From NCBI RefSeq assembly GCF_000143415.4, contig NW_003314372.1:260785-324784 (forward strand): a stretch of DNA of 64,000 nt, given 5' to 3'. The stretch is from Selaginella moellendorffii (taxonomy: Eukaryota > Plantae > Lycopodiophyta). Under the pieces are notes generated by a model. That model was not told the DNA's origin and ran no database searches. It saw only the letters and a list, made by a program, of their open reading frames with translations. A program made the position numbers and the translations under genes. This document shows, one piece after another, positions 39,401 to 51,952 of this stretch (the first letter of the stretch is position 1; each line of letters opens with the position of its first letter).

Positions 39401-40974
39401 ATTATCTCTGTTGAAGTTGACCTTTCAGCACAGCTACAGATCATTGAGAGCTCCTCCATTGTTCTCAAGACCTTCACCAACCACACTGTTCCTCCAACGG
39501 GCATTTGCTGTGGTGTCAATATCTCAGTATAGGGTGTTATTTTTGAGGTGGATTTCCTTGAGGTTGACTACCAATGTCTTGGAATGTCCTCTTTGAAGGA
39601 CCCTATCATCCTTGGCCGCTCATGGAAGGTCACAGCCCATTGCACCATTGACAGCGCACAGGGCAAGATAGAAATTAGCAATGGAACCCATAGCGCCACC
39701 TTTCTCAACAACCACGGCAGAGCTCTTTCTCAGCAAGCCCAGCCAGGCTTAGACTAAGATGGCCTCCACACCACACTTCCCTCCCGAGCTCACGGAGGTT
39801 TTTCCTGAGTTGGCGGTGGAGTCGACCATCTATATGACAGATGCTTTCTCCTGCAATGCAATTGATGTGGTTGGAGGTGAGTCAGATAGCCCGAGACATC
39901 TCTCAGCTTCACTCTCTTTATTTGAGAGTAAGGCCGAGTCTCTAGCCACGCCCTCTTTATTTGATGGTGGGGTTTATAGAGTACGGGCTCCCATATCCAG
40001 CTTTTCGGAGTGTTTCTTGATAGAGGAAGGGCTCCTTGATTCGTTTCTTGCATGGGACCAACTCCCTCTTATGGAGCTTGATGATACAGTCACTCCAGAC
40101 CAGGTCCATCTTTCACAGGACACAGCTGAACTTAATCCTCCTCAGCAACTATCTGAGGTGTCACACAGGCAGCATCTTCCTACAAAAATCACGGTAGCTG
40201 ATGACTCTGAGCGTATTTTGTCATGCCGTTTGTTGGAGATGGAAGAAGACATCCAGACACAAAACTGGCAGAAAGAATCAAACCAATCGGACGTGCTGCA
40301 TGCGAGTTATAGCTCTTTGAGTTCAAAATTTCCTACCATGGAGCCCCTAGTACTCCAACCACCAAAACGACAACTCCCTTTCAAAATTTACATCACAACG
40401 GGTACAAAGGCTTTTGGAGTATGCCTTTGCCAATGTTCACAGCCTGGCAAGCCACCATATGCAACATATTATGCCTCACATTTGTTCAAGGAGACCGAGA
40501 AGAAGCGGAAAAAGAGGCAATGGTTGTTGTTTACACCTTGGAGCAATTTCGTCACTTTCTCGTTGGAGCCTATATCCATTTCCACGTTTATTTTAATGTG
40601 CTGACCTTTCTTTTACAGCGACCAATTCATAGTCCTCGTACTTTATCTTGGATTGTGACCATCCAAGAGTTCCAGCCAACTTTTCACATGTGGTGGAAGC
40701 GTGTGATGGATCCAAGCGAGTTCCCGGTTGCTGAAGCTACTTCCTTTGTGGTCCCAGCAGCATTACAGGACATTGCAGTGTACCTGGATGTAGGTCAGTT
40801 CCCAGCAGATTCCTCACTCGTGCAACAAAAGGCATTGGAGATCTGAGCACGGGGGTTTTGCCTTCTCGATGGACACCTTTACAGGAGGACGTCTTAGGAA
40901 GTTTTGTTGCGGTGTGTGGGGGAACATGAGGTCCTTAAGCTCCTTTGTGCATTCCACTCTTGTGTGGGGCATTT
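36418..40974 (+). mobile_element. Decayed Ty3/gypsy-like element (gag, zinc knuckle, protease, RNase H, start of integrase), cut by an LTR-B insertion
   Basis: CTHCETNTHNMQC knuckle (~38680), ALVDSGFRSNIIS protease (~39370), IILGRSW, YYASHLFKETEK / EKEAMVVVYTLEQFRHFL RNase H; left boundary approximate. Confidence 0.7.
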
Positions 40975-42120
40975 TGTTGCGAATGTGACTTCGGGTATCG
41001 AAAGTTACCTGTCGGCCAGTCCTTACGGACACTCTTTCCTTACTGCCACAATGGCAGGAGGTTGGTATTGCTGAACCCTTTATTACTCCCTCTTGTTAAA
41101 GTGTTAGTAAATTGGACTTTGCATCTGTACTTGGCCGGATGAGCATAAGGAAGGAATTCCTAAATGTCTATTTAACTAAGCATACTCGGCCCGGCTTGTT
41201 AGTTCTCTTTTGCTCTGTCTTGCATTGGCTTGACAAGAACCCTTGCATATTAAGATTGGTCCCTCAATATCGCTGGATGATAGCTTACCATGTTTGCCAA
41301 ACACCCTCGCTATCATGCCCTTTGTGTTGGTCTCATTTCGGTCCCAAATGCTATTTATGGAAAGTGTCTAGATTTGCTCATTTGGCATATCTACAAAATG
41401 TAGAGATCGGTCTGAACACAATGGTGTTCATCTTGTATCCAAATTCACAATCTAGCGCCATTCCATATTTAGTAAGTTTCGAGTTTGTCCTAGAGACTAA
41501 CTCTTGATACTAAGGGAGGCTTGGGGTGAAAGCCCAAAGCGTGTGTTCCTCAAGAGGGAGGGGGGGGGGAGGGGGGGGATATGGGGGGTTCCAAATGTAT
41601 AGTAGGGATAGTGGGTAGGTTGGGCATGGCTGACCAACTTAAGGCATAATCTAGCTCCCACTTGTGTGCTTGTCCTTGTTCTACATTCGGCTTGGGTCTA
41701 AGCCCAAATTCCATTCCATGTTAGCTGGTGGAGTACCCATATCCTCACGTTAGGCCACTGGTATGCCGAAATAGCGCCAGACTCTGTTTGGCTCCATTTT
41801 GCGTGTTGGTCCTGCCATTGGGATGCTGGTTGCTCTACGACTATTCCAAGTCGGTCTGGGCTCCTATCCCTTTGCTCCTTGGGCTGTATGCTTGGGAGTT
41901 GCTCCGTGGTCCGGTTCCATCACTCCTTGGCTCCATGCTTGGGGGTTTGGCACCGTTCCTTCATTCAGTTGCCCAAGGCCTTGAACCTCGGGTTCTACAC
42001 CACGTTCTTTTGGACACATGGCATCTGTCACGTGCCACATGAAGGGTTTAGGTTCCGCTACGTGGTGTTATCCTATGGTAAATCACCATAGGATAAAGGG
42101 TCAAAACCACGTGCACTACA
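40975..42120 (+). mobile_element. 5' LTR of a family-B LTR retrotransposon; internal region continues at 42121-43163 and apparently 63284-64000
   Basis: TGTTGC...GCACTACA homologous to 5267-6285, followed directly by PBS TGGTATCAGAG (42123-42133). Confidence 0.88.
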
Positions 42121-43605
42121 TTTGGTATCAGAGGATAAGTCTTTGCGAGTACTATCTAAATGAGATTGGGCAACTAGTCTTGTTGCATACGCAGAGATGA
42201 AAACGATGATCCAAGTGGGTATATGTTTCGGTGCAAAGACTTTGCAATTGTTCCTTGGGTATGGATTTGGTTACCTTTTTGTACCGTAATAACTTGAGTT
42301 TGCTCTTGGGCTCATAAGATGGATGTCAGATGTTCCATTTACACGAGTTTACACTTGGGCTCGTGAGTGAGGCACATTAGCAATTCGAGGTTACACTTTG
42401 AGTTGGCAAGATTAATGTTAGCCTATCGGTGGTTCCTTGAGTTGTTCCATGTACCATAGGTGAAAGTAAACCTTCCCTAGGTTTACTATGAGTGGCAAAT
42501 AGGCTGGTTCGTAGCTATTTAGCACGGCACTAATGGATCCTTCCTAGGCATGATTACAAATGGATTAATCAAGACTATAGGGATTAATCTATTGGTTCAA
42601 GTAGTCTTTGCACTGCTCTCTCATAAACTTTTCTTAGATTGGACTGAAGGCAGTGCGAAAGCAAGCTTGAGGTTTAGTCAAAGATGAGGCCAAAAAGAGA
42701 GTCATCGGGGATGAAGGATTAAACACGTAAATCATTTTCTCTTCTTGGAGATATGATTTGCAACGAGGTGTTAATGATGAGATTGTTTAGTAGGGGATGA
42801 GCTTTAGCTTTTCCTTGAAACATGATTTAGTCGTGGACTATACTAGCCTTACAAGAAAAAGAGTTAGTGATCGATATTGAATATTTGAATCTTTATTAGA
42901 TTTGAGTTGGAATATATCGATCATTAATGATTTCTCTTGGGCTTGTTATGAAGTGAGTTACGTCTTGCTGTAGATGGATTCATGGAGGATCATTTAGTGA
43001 TCACTTGTTGAGCATAGTTTCATTATACTTAGCTTTTGGATTGATGCAAACATGTTCTTCATTAGTTTTGGCATTATAAAATTTAACTTATGGATGTGTT
43101 GAGGGGGATATTGTGGGTTGTACCATGATTTTCTTCTTTAGTATTGAAGTTAGTTCATGCAAAAAGCTCTATTTCGTTCAAGTGGGAATTGTCATTATCC
43201 CACTTGTAAAATAAGGTTTCCAAACCTTTATATAGTATATAAATATAACAAAATTCAATTGCATTGAGGCACATGCCATTTTATTTTAAACAAGGAAATG
43301 TCTACTCAATCACTTCTCCTCCCCCTGCCACTGCTTCACCTCTCTCTTCTCCTTGTCATCGTCGTCCAATTTCTTTCCATCCTTTTAATATTGGCTCAGT
43401 TGCTCCGAGTCTAGGTGGAGCCCAAGTCCCCATTCAATCTTTACTTTCCCCTTATTAATAAAACAACTTCGTAGACTTCCAATAACATGCTGTAACACTT
43501 CTAGTATAATGCAAATCCTCTCAAAGAATTGTCTTTTAATATTAATACAATGGCATGGAATCCCATGCCATAATAAGTTACATTTTTAAATAAATACATG
43601 CCATC

Positions 43606-46600
43606 TCAGACTGTTATTTTTTGCCTCCAACGCCTATACAATAATCTTGGAATTTCATCACTCTCCACACTATCAGGATTTAAACCCAATAGTAATGCCA
43701 TCTCTTCTCTAATACGTCCACGCTCATGTTCAGTGGTCGAAGAACCCATCCGGTTGAGCAGATTATGGAGATGCGGATAGTGCTTGGCTAGACAGTATAC
43801 ATGCCATAAATGATGACTGGTGTCTGTCCGATCAAATGGCTTCTGATATACCGTTCCATCTGCCATTTGGTTGATTTCTGCAGCCACCTCCTGGACTAGC
43901 CGGTTCTCTATCACCATCGCTCCAAGCCGTTTTGCAAGGTCCCCCAGAACATACGGTTTCTTCTCCCTAGTTTCCATACTGCAAGAGATGGGGTGCACTG
44001 CATATGTGTGCGTGTTCGCTGCAGTTTTAATCGGCGAGTCATCGATGATGAGGATTTCACTTGAGCTAGCAGTCCGGTTCATCACTACAGCCTCTGGCTT
44101 GACGAAGATGGGCTTGCTACCCCTCACATGGACCATAGTCAAGCAATCCTCCTGCGTTAGGAGAAAGTCAAATGGTAATATTACTCGCGTCTGATCGTGC
44201 ATCATCTGTAGCAACGTTAATGCATTGTGGCGCATCATGGATGTCCAAACTCCCAATTGCAAATTGAACCCGGCCCTCTGTTTTAAGTGTCGCATGGTCA
44301 TTATTAGATCCCGCAGTTTCTCCCGTGTGATTAATGTGAATCTGTCTCTTTTGACCAACTTGCGACCGCAGGCTTTGGAGGGTGCAATGACATTCGAGGA
44401 CGAGCCACGCTCATGGGAGAAAAGGACACCGTTCAGATCAAAAACGATACAGTACCTTCGCCGTGACTCTGAAATGAAATGCGTCAGCATAAAAAATGGT
44501 ACAAGTCAATTTTACCATCTACAATATTAGCATATGTTGCTCCCGATGGTCGTTGAGAGGGTTTTGGTCGAGGAAACGTGAAGGGCGGAAATACTCTCCT
44601 CTGCAATGTGGGGTCAATCGCATCCGATGGCGTGTGGGCACATGCCATTTCAGCTGTAGACTCTGGTACAACTGGCTCAACAATGGCATGGGGTGGTTCC
44701 GATGGCGTGTGATCACACGCCATTTCAGCTGGTGCCTCCGTTGGCAAAGTGGACATGACCGAACAGGCAGCAGGGGCGGTGTAGGGAGGTTCCAACGGCG
44801 CGTAGTCAGACGATTGGGCACACGTTGAGTCCGTTGGAAATGAGGATACGACCGGCTCGGCAGCTGGGGCGGCCTCATGTGGGTCCAATGGCGCCTGGTC
44901 ACCGTCAGTTGGATACGTGGACAAGATTGACTCAGTGGTATGGGCAGCATCAAGTGGAGCGTGGTCAGCTTGCTTGGCGTTGATATGGATAGTAGCCTCC
45001 ACCAGCTCTGATGACTCTTGCAGCCAAGTAGAGTCCACTGGCGGATCCATATGCATGTCCAAATATCTCCCTTCGATTGAGATGGTATCCTCCCGTGCTA
45101 CTAAAAACAAACTCATTAGCACATTGAATCAACTATACTGTATTTACCATCAACTGCTATTGAGGAACTAGGACTGATATCACTTGGGCGCACTGCTGAT
45201 TCTGAAGGATTGGACATACGTTTTGACCCTTGCTTGGCACTATCCTTCCTTGACACTAAAGGCTAGAGTTTGTAAATTCAACTGAATAATCTCTACTTAC
45301 CATTTGCTCTGCGACCTACATGGACAATGTTAGAAATGGTAAAAGGTTAGGAATGGATGTACTATTATTTACCTGATGGTTTGTCTTGTATGACCTTCCT
45401 CCGCTGCTCTTTGGCCACCTTAGGCTGGCCATCGTCGTCATCATCGTCGTCGTCGTTATTGTGATCGTCACCATTGTGAGGACCATCCAAGTCCTCTTTG
45501 TCCTCCTCTTCGTCCTTCTGCTCTTCCTGCTCATTATCTTTCTCTGGCTCCTCATCCCCCTCCTGCATTTCTTCCATAGGCTGCTCAGGCTGGATGGCTT
45601 GTTCTTCCAGGACCATCTTGGGAAAATCATCTGGCCGAGTCTCCATCTCAAAATACAAGACATCCATAGCCTGTTTTAGTGCGTGACCTAGGACCGTATC
45701 CTCACCCGACTGTCTTAACATGGTTTCTGCACGTTCTTGCACCCTTCGAAGACGACGAGATGAGAAAAACGTGGCCCTGACTTGAAAAGCATCCCTCATC
45801 CATTGTACCTCTCCATTGAGATTGGGGAAGGGGAGTCCGCCATAGGAATCTGAGTCATGAGGTGGTGACTGCCTGCTTTCACTCAGCCCTTGATCTGCAA
45901 TGAATGGCATGAGCACACACGCCATAACCGCGAGGCATTACCTATTATCTTTTTGTTGCCCTTCTTCCTTTTCGAATCAAACGCCTCTAATCTCGACGAT
46001 TGTCCAACGTGCTTTCGCTTTTTATGACCACTGTCAGTTTGAGCTTGGCGGGTGCTTGCCTGTTTTGCCTTTGAAGAAGTTTCTCCTGCAAGGAATGGCA
46101 TGAGACCACACGCCATTGCAAACATAATTTGTACCTCCTTTTTTCCTATTGCTTGTCTGTTTGTCCTTCTTCGATGCGCCACCAGTGCGCTTTTCAGTCC
46201 TTGTGTCTGAATATTCACAACGATCTATAATCAAAATGGCGTGAGGCCTCACGTGACCTTACCTTGTGCAGGTTGTGAGCTCGGCCCAACATGGGTATCT
46301 TCAACAGTAGCTGTTAACGCCGTTTCAGCATCTGGGGGTGGCCACGCTCCTGCATACAGAGCTTGTGAGATAACATTTAAACTTAAAGTGTGTACTCACC
46401 AGGTTCGCAGAGAAGATACTGTTTTTCTTTGGCAACTGTAATTATATGCTCCATTGAAGTCACCTCTTCAATGGAGTTTGTCACCGCAACACATGGGACA
46501 CCCTTGAGTAGTGCGGCTCGAAAGAATAGTCCGCCACAGTTGTACTCGACAACGCATTTGCCCTTGGAGTCGGAAGCAGGTGACCCACCCACTATTGCGT

Positions 46601-49194
46601 TGAAGACCCAGCTGAGCATTTCCCATGCTGCACCTGGAGCTTTCTTTGGATTCGAAAGCTCCATAGCCGTCTTCAGTTCCTCAGGCACGGGTAAATTGAC
46701 CTCCCTCAGATCAATTCGATTGGCCTTGTCGAACGAAGCTGGGAAGTCACTCCAGTCCCACTCTGCTGTAGGACCAATAACAAGGGCGAGTGTGAAGATG
46801 CGGACATTCATCGGTATCTTCTTCTTAGCCATTATCCCATGGATCTCCCGCATCTCCTTGCCTTTCAACCGAGCCTTCACCGCGTTCAAGGCCTTCCAGA
46901 ACTTGTGATAGGATTCGGAGTCGTAGATCATATAGTGGACTGAAGATTCCACCTCCGCAAGTCCCACCATTAAGTCAATGATGGAGCTGACTTCGTCTGC
47001 ATGAGTGATCTCCTCGTTTGTGAAGTCCATCACACAAAAGATGTTCTTGACCTGCTCATCTCCACGGGAAACGATGCTCCTCCACCTTTGATCCTCATCC
47101 GAATTCAAGTATACCCGGTAAGGTTCTCGATAGGCCTCTGCTGCGGGGTCGAGCTGTTTCTGAAGCCGACGGTCGACATCAATCTTAATGAAATTTGGAT
47201 ACTGATCCAACTTCTCAGCTTTACTTTTCGTGGCATCCCGCAGCAGATCGATGAACTTGGGGGCCCCCTTCACGTACTCGTCGATGTCTTCATTTGACAA
47301 CTCCAGCGCTTCCATCATCTCTTGCGTGGTGTCGATGCTCACCCTCTCCACGGCCACTTGCTCGAAGATCCAATCCTTCAATAGCGCATGAGCTCTCAGA
47401 GTCGTGCACAAGTCCTCGTATGTCACAATATGGCTGGGAGTCATTTTGGTCTTGTTGAAGACTACCTCACCACGTAGAAGAGCATTAGCCACTGTCAGAA
47501 GGTCGTCGTCGTCTAGAGACCGCGAGAAAAGCAAGGCGTTGAGCTTCAAATCATTGGGCTTCCGGCCGTCCTCCACACCCATTGAGTTTGGCAACTCCCC
47601 GTCATGGTACCTCCTCAGCACATCTACCCATTTGTCAAAAACAACTTTTGTCGCGAGTAGAATGTTATGGATGCTGAGTGTGTCATTGACCCCCAGTGTT
47701 TTCGAGAGAAGACTCGAGAATTCCTGCAATGGAAATGGTGTGAGGCCACATGCTATGCCACATGCAACGAGGCTTACCTGCCAGGCGCTAGTTGCTAGTG
47801 CACGTCCTTGTCCTGGTTTTTGTGGCTTCTTCAGTTGAACCTAGAGCTTTCGTGTTCGTGCCAATGTCTCGTGCAGACCCGATTTGTAGCACGTTTCTTG
47901 CTTGACATTCTGCGCGTGGGAGATGTATATGATAGATCGGAGGGGCGAGTTGCCTTTTATCAGGCGGACAACTCTTGTCTTGAAGACTTTCTTCACCTCC
48001 TCGCCCACCATAATATCCACAACTATCTCTTGCATCGCCAAGCTAGAATGCTGCCCAGAGACGGCATAGAACCGGATGTTCTGATCGTCCAACACCTTCC
48101 TATTGATCAAGTCTAGAAACCTCGTCTCGCCCTTCATTGTTCGGTAGTAGGGGATCACGTTTGCGATGTCGGGTGTTACTGGACTTGCCAGCATCTTCTG
48201 CTTCAGTTTCTCCACCCACTCATCAGATACTAGCCTGTGGTTGTATTTGCTTTGGATGTCGATACGGCTCACGTCGATTGTATATACTTTGTTGGAATAG
48301 TAACAAGTACTATTATCTGCGACGATTTTTGCTACCTCTTCTTGCTCTTTCTGCTCTTTGCGGCTCTTCTTTTTGGTGGGTGTAGTGTTCGAACCCGAGG
48401 CAATGGCATCACTGAGTAGCTTCTTTTTTGGAGCAGGAGAGTCAGACGTCGGCTTGAGCTTGACCACCCTTTTCTGCTTCGAGGTAGTTTCCAGATCGAC
48501 CCCCTTCCCCTTTGCTTCGCGAACTGGAGTCACTCTCAACGGCTCAATGTTGGAATATAGTTTTTGAACATCGCCGTAGGTGAGGTCTGTGGATTCCATG
48601 TGATCTTCATAGACCCGCAGCGTCTTTGAAATTGTGGGCCTCCTGGACAACCTCTCCCTAGCTCCCTCTAGGAATTCCTCATTGCTGCTGCCCCCCTCCG
48701 GGAAGCCGCTAGGATGTGCAAGGTGGATCTTGAAGGCAGACGCTGTCTCTACCACAAGTGCCAGTCCATATTCTTGCATGGAACTGCATGGAGTGTCTGT
48801 CACTTGGATGAGGATCCCCATGCATTCTTTTCTCCCACCATCTGTGTTGTACAGCCTCAGATCCTCGCCTTCCATCCCGAAAGTCCAACTGGTGAGCTCC
48901 TCCCCCTTCTCTACATCCACATTGACAGTGGCTGGAAGAAGAACGCAATTCCTCGCCTGTTCAGAAATGCACAACAATTAGAGCTGACAGATGAAAAGCT
49001 AACGTGAATAACGTGAGGCCACACGCCATTCACCACTGCATCAGATGTCTTGAGGCTGCATCCTAAGATGGCGTGAGGCTACACGCCATCTGTAACCGGA
49101 CTGCACTCGAGAGCCCAATCGGTGCATGCCAATGTTGCTACTGAATGGCATGTGGCCTCATGCCATTTTCTACTTGGCCTAAAAGACTTACCAT
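43606..49194 (-). pseudogene. Multi-exon transposon cargo gene: ParB/Srx-like domain, degenerate DNA amino-MTase-like region, low-complexity linker, FCP1/NIF-like HAD phosphatase; one premature stop
   Basis: ATG|GT at 49194-49190; in-phase GT-AG introns (49191-48957, 47777-47724); ParB-like IDVSRI..YNHRLVSDEWVEKLKQKM...FYAVSGQHSSLA...ISHAQN; in-frame TAG at 47843-47841; last exon IVFDLNGVL, GVWTS, QEDC, KPIFVK, IIDDSPIK; joining of the 3' small exons into one gene is inferred. Confidence 0.65.
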
Positions 49195-50428
49195 TTGAAG
49201 CCGAATGGAGGTGTGACAACCGGACTCACTGGCGAATGTGCACTATGTGTGCAGCGGATCGTAGCAGCAAGGCTACTCTGCCACTTACAGTTGGAGAGTG
49301 GCGCTGAAATCTCCCGGGACGCCAAGTGGGCTGCGTGTGGGTGGCGGAGTGGGCGGCGGAGTTGGCGGCGAAGTTACAAACTGGGTGTGTCTTGAAGTGG
49401 ATGCCGATGCACACGAGAAACCTGTAGAGAAGTGGGAGCGCGAGTGGGAGCGCGATGCGAGCGTGAGTGGGAGCGCGATGCGAGCGCGAGTGGGAGCGCG
49501 ATGGGAGCGCGAGTGTGCGAGTGCGAGTACGAAGCAAAATGCAAAACCTAACCTCACACGCGCAAAATGTCACGACGGTTGGTAATCCCGCCACGTCATC
49601 ATTTCTCGGACTTGGGTGCCACCATTAATTTCTGGATCGGCGCGCGCATGCGTGAAATCCAAAAGAAATCCGCAACGTCATCATTCCTCGGACTGCATGC
49701 ACGCGAAATCCAAAAGAAAGATCATGATTGGGATATCATTTAATACCCTCGCTATATTTATACCATGCATGATTGGATATTCCAAAGCATCTTGTATTTC
49801 CAAAAATGCCAGATGTTCAGCTAAATAAATTGTCAGAGGATTTGATGTGACGTTCAAGCATGTGGGCTCATGCAATTTTGATCCCAAAAAATGCACCAAA
49901 AAATGCTCGGCGTCATCTGGCGTTATCTCTTGAATGGCGCGGGGCCGCATGCCATTTTCAGGAGCACATAGGAGTATATTCCTAGAATATTCTAACACGC
50001 GCGAGATTGTTTTGAGTTTCCTGGAGATCCAACCGTTAGATCGCAACTAAATTTTACAGAATGGTATACAATGTCCTTCTTGATGACCCTACAAAGAAGC
50101 ATCTTGATCGGACACCACATGAGACCACACGAGCCTTACAATGTTTCAGGGGCATTTGCCATAGATCCGACCGTTATTTTGCTCCAAGATTCTACAGTTT
50201 GGTGTGCATTGACCTTTCCATCGACACTGCAAAGGGACATCACAATCAGATGCGGGATCACAAGAAACCAACTTCACTAACTCTGGTTTCACCAAGATCT
50301 ACGTAAGGAGTTATGAAATGAAAGGACCCTCTCTATTGAAATGTGTTTATGGTCCTAGGGGCATTGTGACATATCAAAGGATTTTGCATCAAGTTCTGTA
50401 TTTGCTTGTTTATCAAGCTACTGAATTG

Positions 50429-50460
50429 CTAAACCCTAAACCCTAAACCCTAACCCTAAA
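50429..50460. repeat. Short plant telomere-type repeat (CCCTAAA) x ~4 (telobox cluster)
   Basis: CTAAACCCTAAACCCTAAACCCTAACCCTAAA. Confidence 0.85.
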
Positions 50461-51581
50461 CATGTGGCAAATGCTGCGTGAAGAAAGATGCCCTTTCTGG
50501 GCAAATGCTGTAAGAGGCAAATTCCGAGCAGATGTATCTCAGGCCAGCGAAGGGGACAAACGAAAGCTAGCTATAAACATGACGGGATGCAAATAGATTA
50601 CTAGGCTGGTCCTGCGAAAATGAAAAACCATAATTGAAAACATTGAAAATGCAAAAAGAAAGGTTTATAATATTTTTGAATTTTAAGCAACCAAATGAAT
50701 GTAAGTAGGGCATGTGTTTGTAAGTTTAAAAATGCCTCAACCACTTAAATTCCCAAGTAAATAAAGCTGTTTCTATTTTTGGTACAGGTAAACTTTATAG
50801 CGTGTGGGCTCATGCAATTTTGAACCCAAAAATGCACCAAAAAATGCTCGACTAGCATTATTCTTTGAATGGCGTGTGGCCTTATATTGCCATAAATGGA
50901 CGTACACACACAGCATAATTATTCCTTTACATGGCAAATAATCTTGGCGCGGATCGCTGACATGGCATGGCAAAGTTCGAATCACTGACATGGCACAGCT
51001 GGATCGAGGCAAGGACATGATGTGACAAAGTTCAACCTCCGACAGCAAAGTCTAGAAGCTACTCAGTTTGAAATTTGTCAGAGGAATCATAAGATTTGGT
51101 TTGTCAGAGGATTTGATGTGACGTTCAAGCGTGTGTTATTTTTGAATTCTCGAACTCATTCCTAGGTCTATCATTTTTGTGCGCCGTGTTCTTGGTTCCG
51201 CTGAGCGCAGTGAGCGCTGCTTGTGTAAGCGGCGTTGTGAGCTGTGGTTTATGCGTCTACAAGCGGTTGCGGCATTGCGAGCGCCATTGCGAGCGGCAGT
51301 TTATGCGAGTGGCAGTTTGTGCGAGCGGCGCTACGAGCAGTTGCGGTGTTGCGAGCGGCGCTACGAGTAGTTGCGGTGTTGCGAGCGGCACTGTCTTTGG
51401 TGTGGCTACCGCTTCCTCTTGATATTCGGCACTTGAGCTTCCTGGTATGTTCACCATGGAATGGTTTAGGACCACATTTAGAAATGGCATGAGGCCACAT
51501 GCCATCTTGGGCCCTTGCAATTTCATGGCTAGCGTATTGTCATGTATGTTTTTACTTGCCTGCAGCTGTGTGTATATCAAG

Positions 51582-51773
51582 ATGGCATGAGGCCTCATGC
51601 CATCTTTGGCCCCTACTAGCCTATTGCCATATTCCTTTTGCCTTGCTGCAACTGTATATATTTTTGTATGGGTGACTAGTCACGCACACAAAAATATATA
51701 TAGTTGCAACAAGGCAAAAGGAATATAGCAACAGGCTAGCAGGGGCCAAAGATAGCGTGAGGCCTCATGCCAT
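51582..51773. repeat. 192-bp near-perfect palindrome upstream of the transposase
   Basis: Arms of ~96 bp, centre GTGACTAGTCAC, each end capped by the 22-bp motif. Confidence 0.9.
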
Positions 51774-51952
51774 TAGTGGTACCACTAATGGCATGAGGGC
51801 TCATGCCAATTTTGTGAATGCGAAATTTCACGTGGGTGTCAATAGCATGTTTGAATAATGGCATGTGGCCTCATGCTATTTGGTATGTTATGATTTAGGC
51901 CATTCTCTAATCATTTTTTGTATGGTCTTAACTTCTTTTCTGCACTTTCAGA

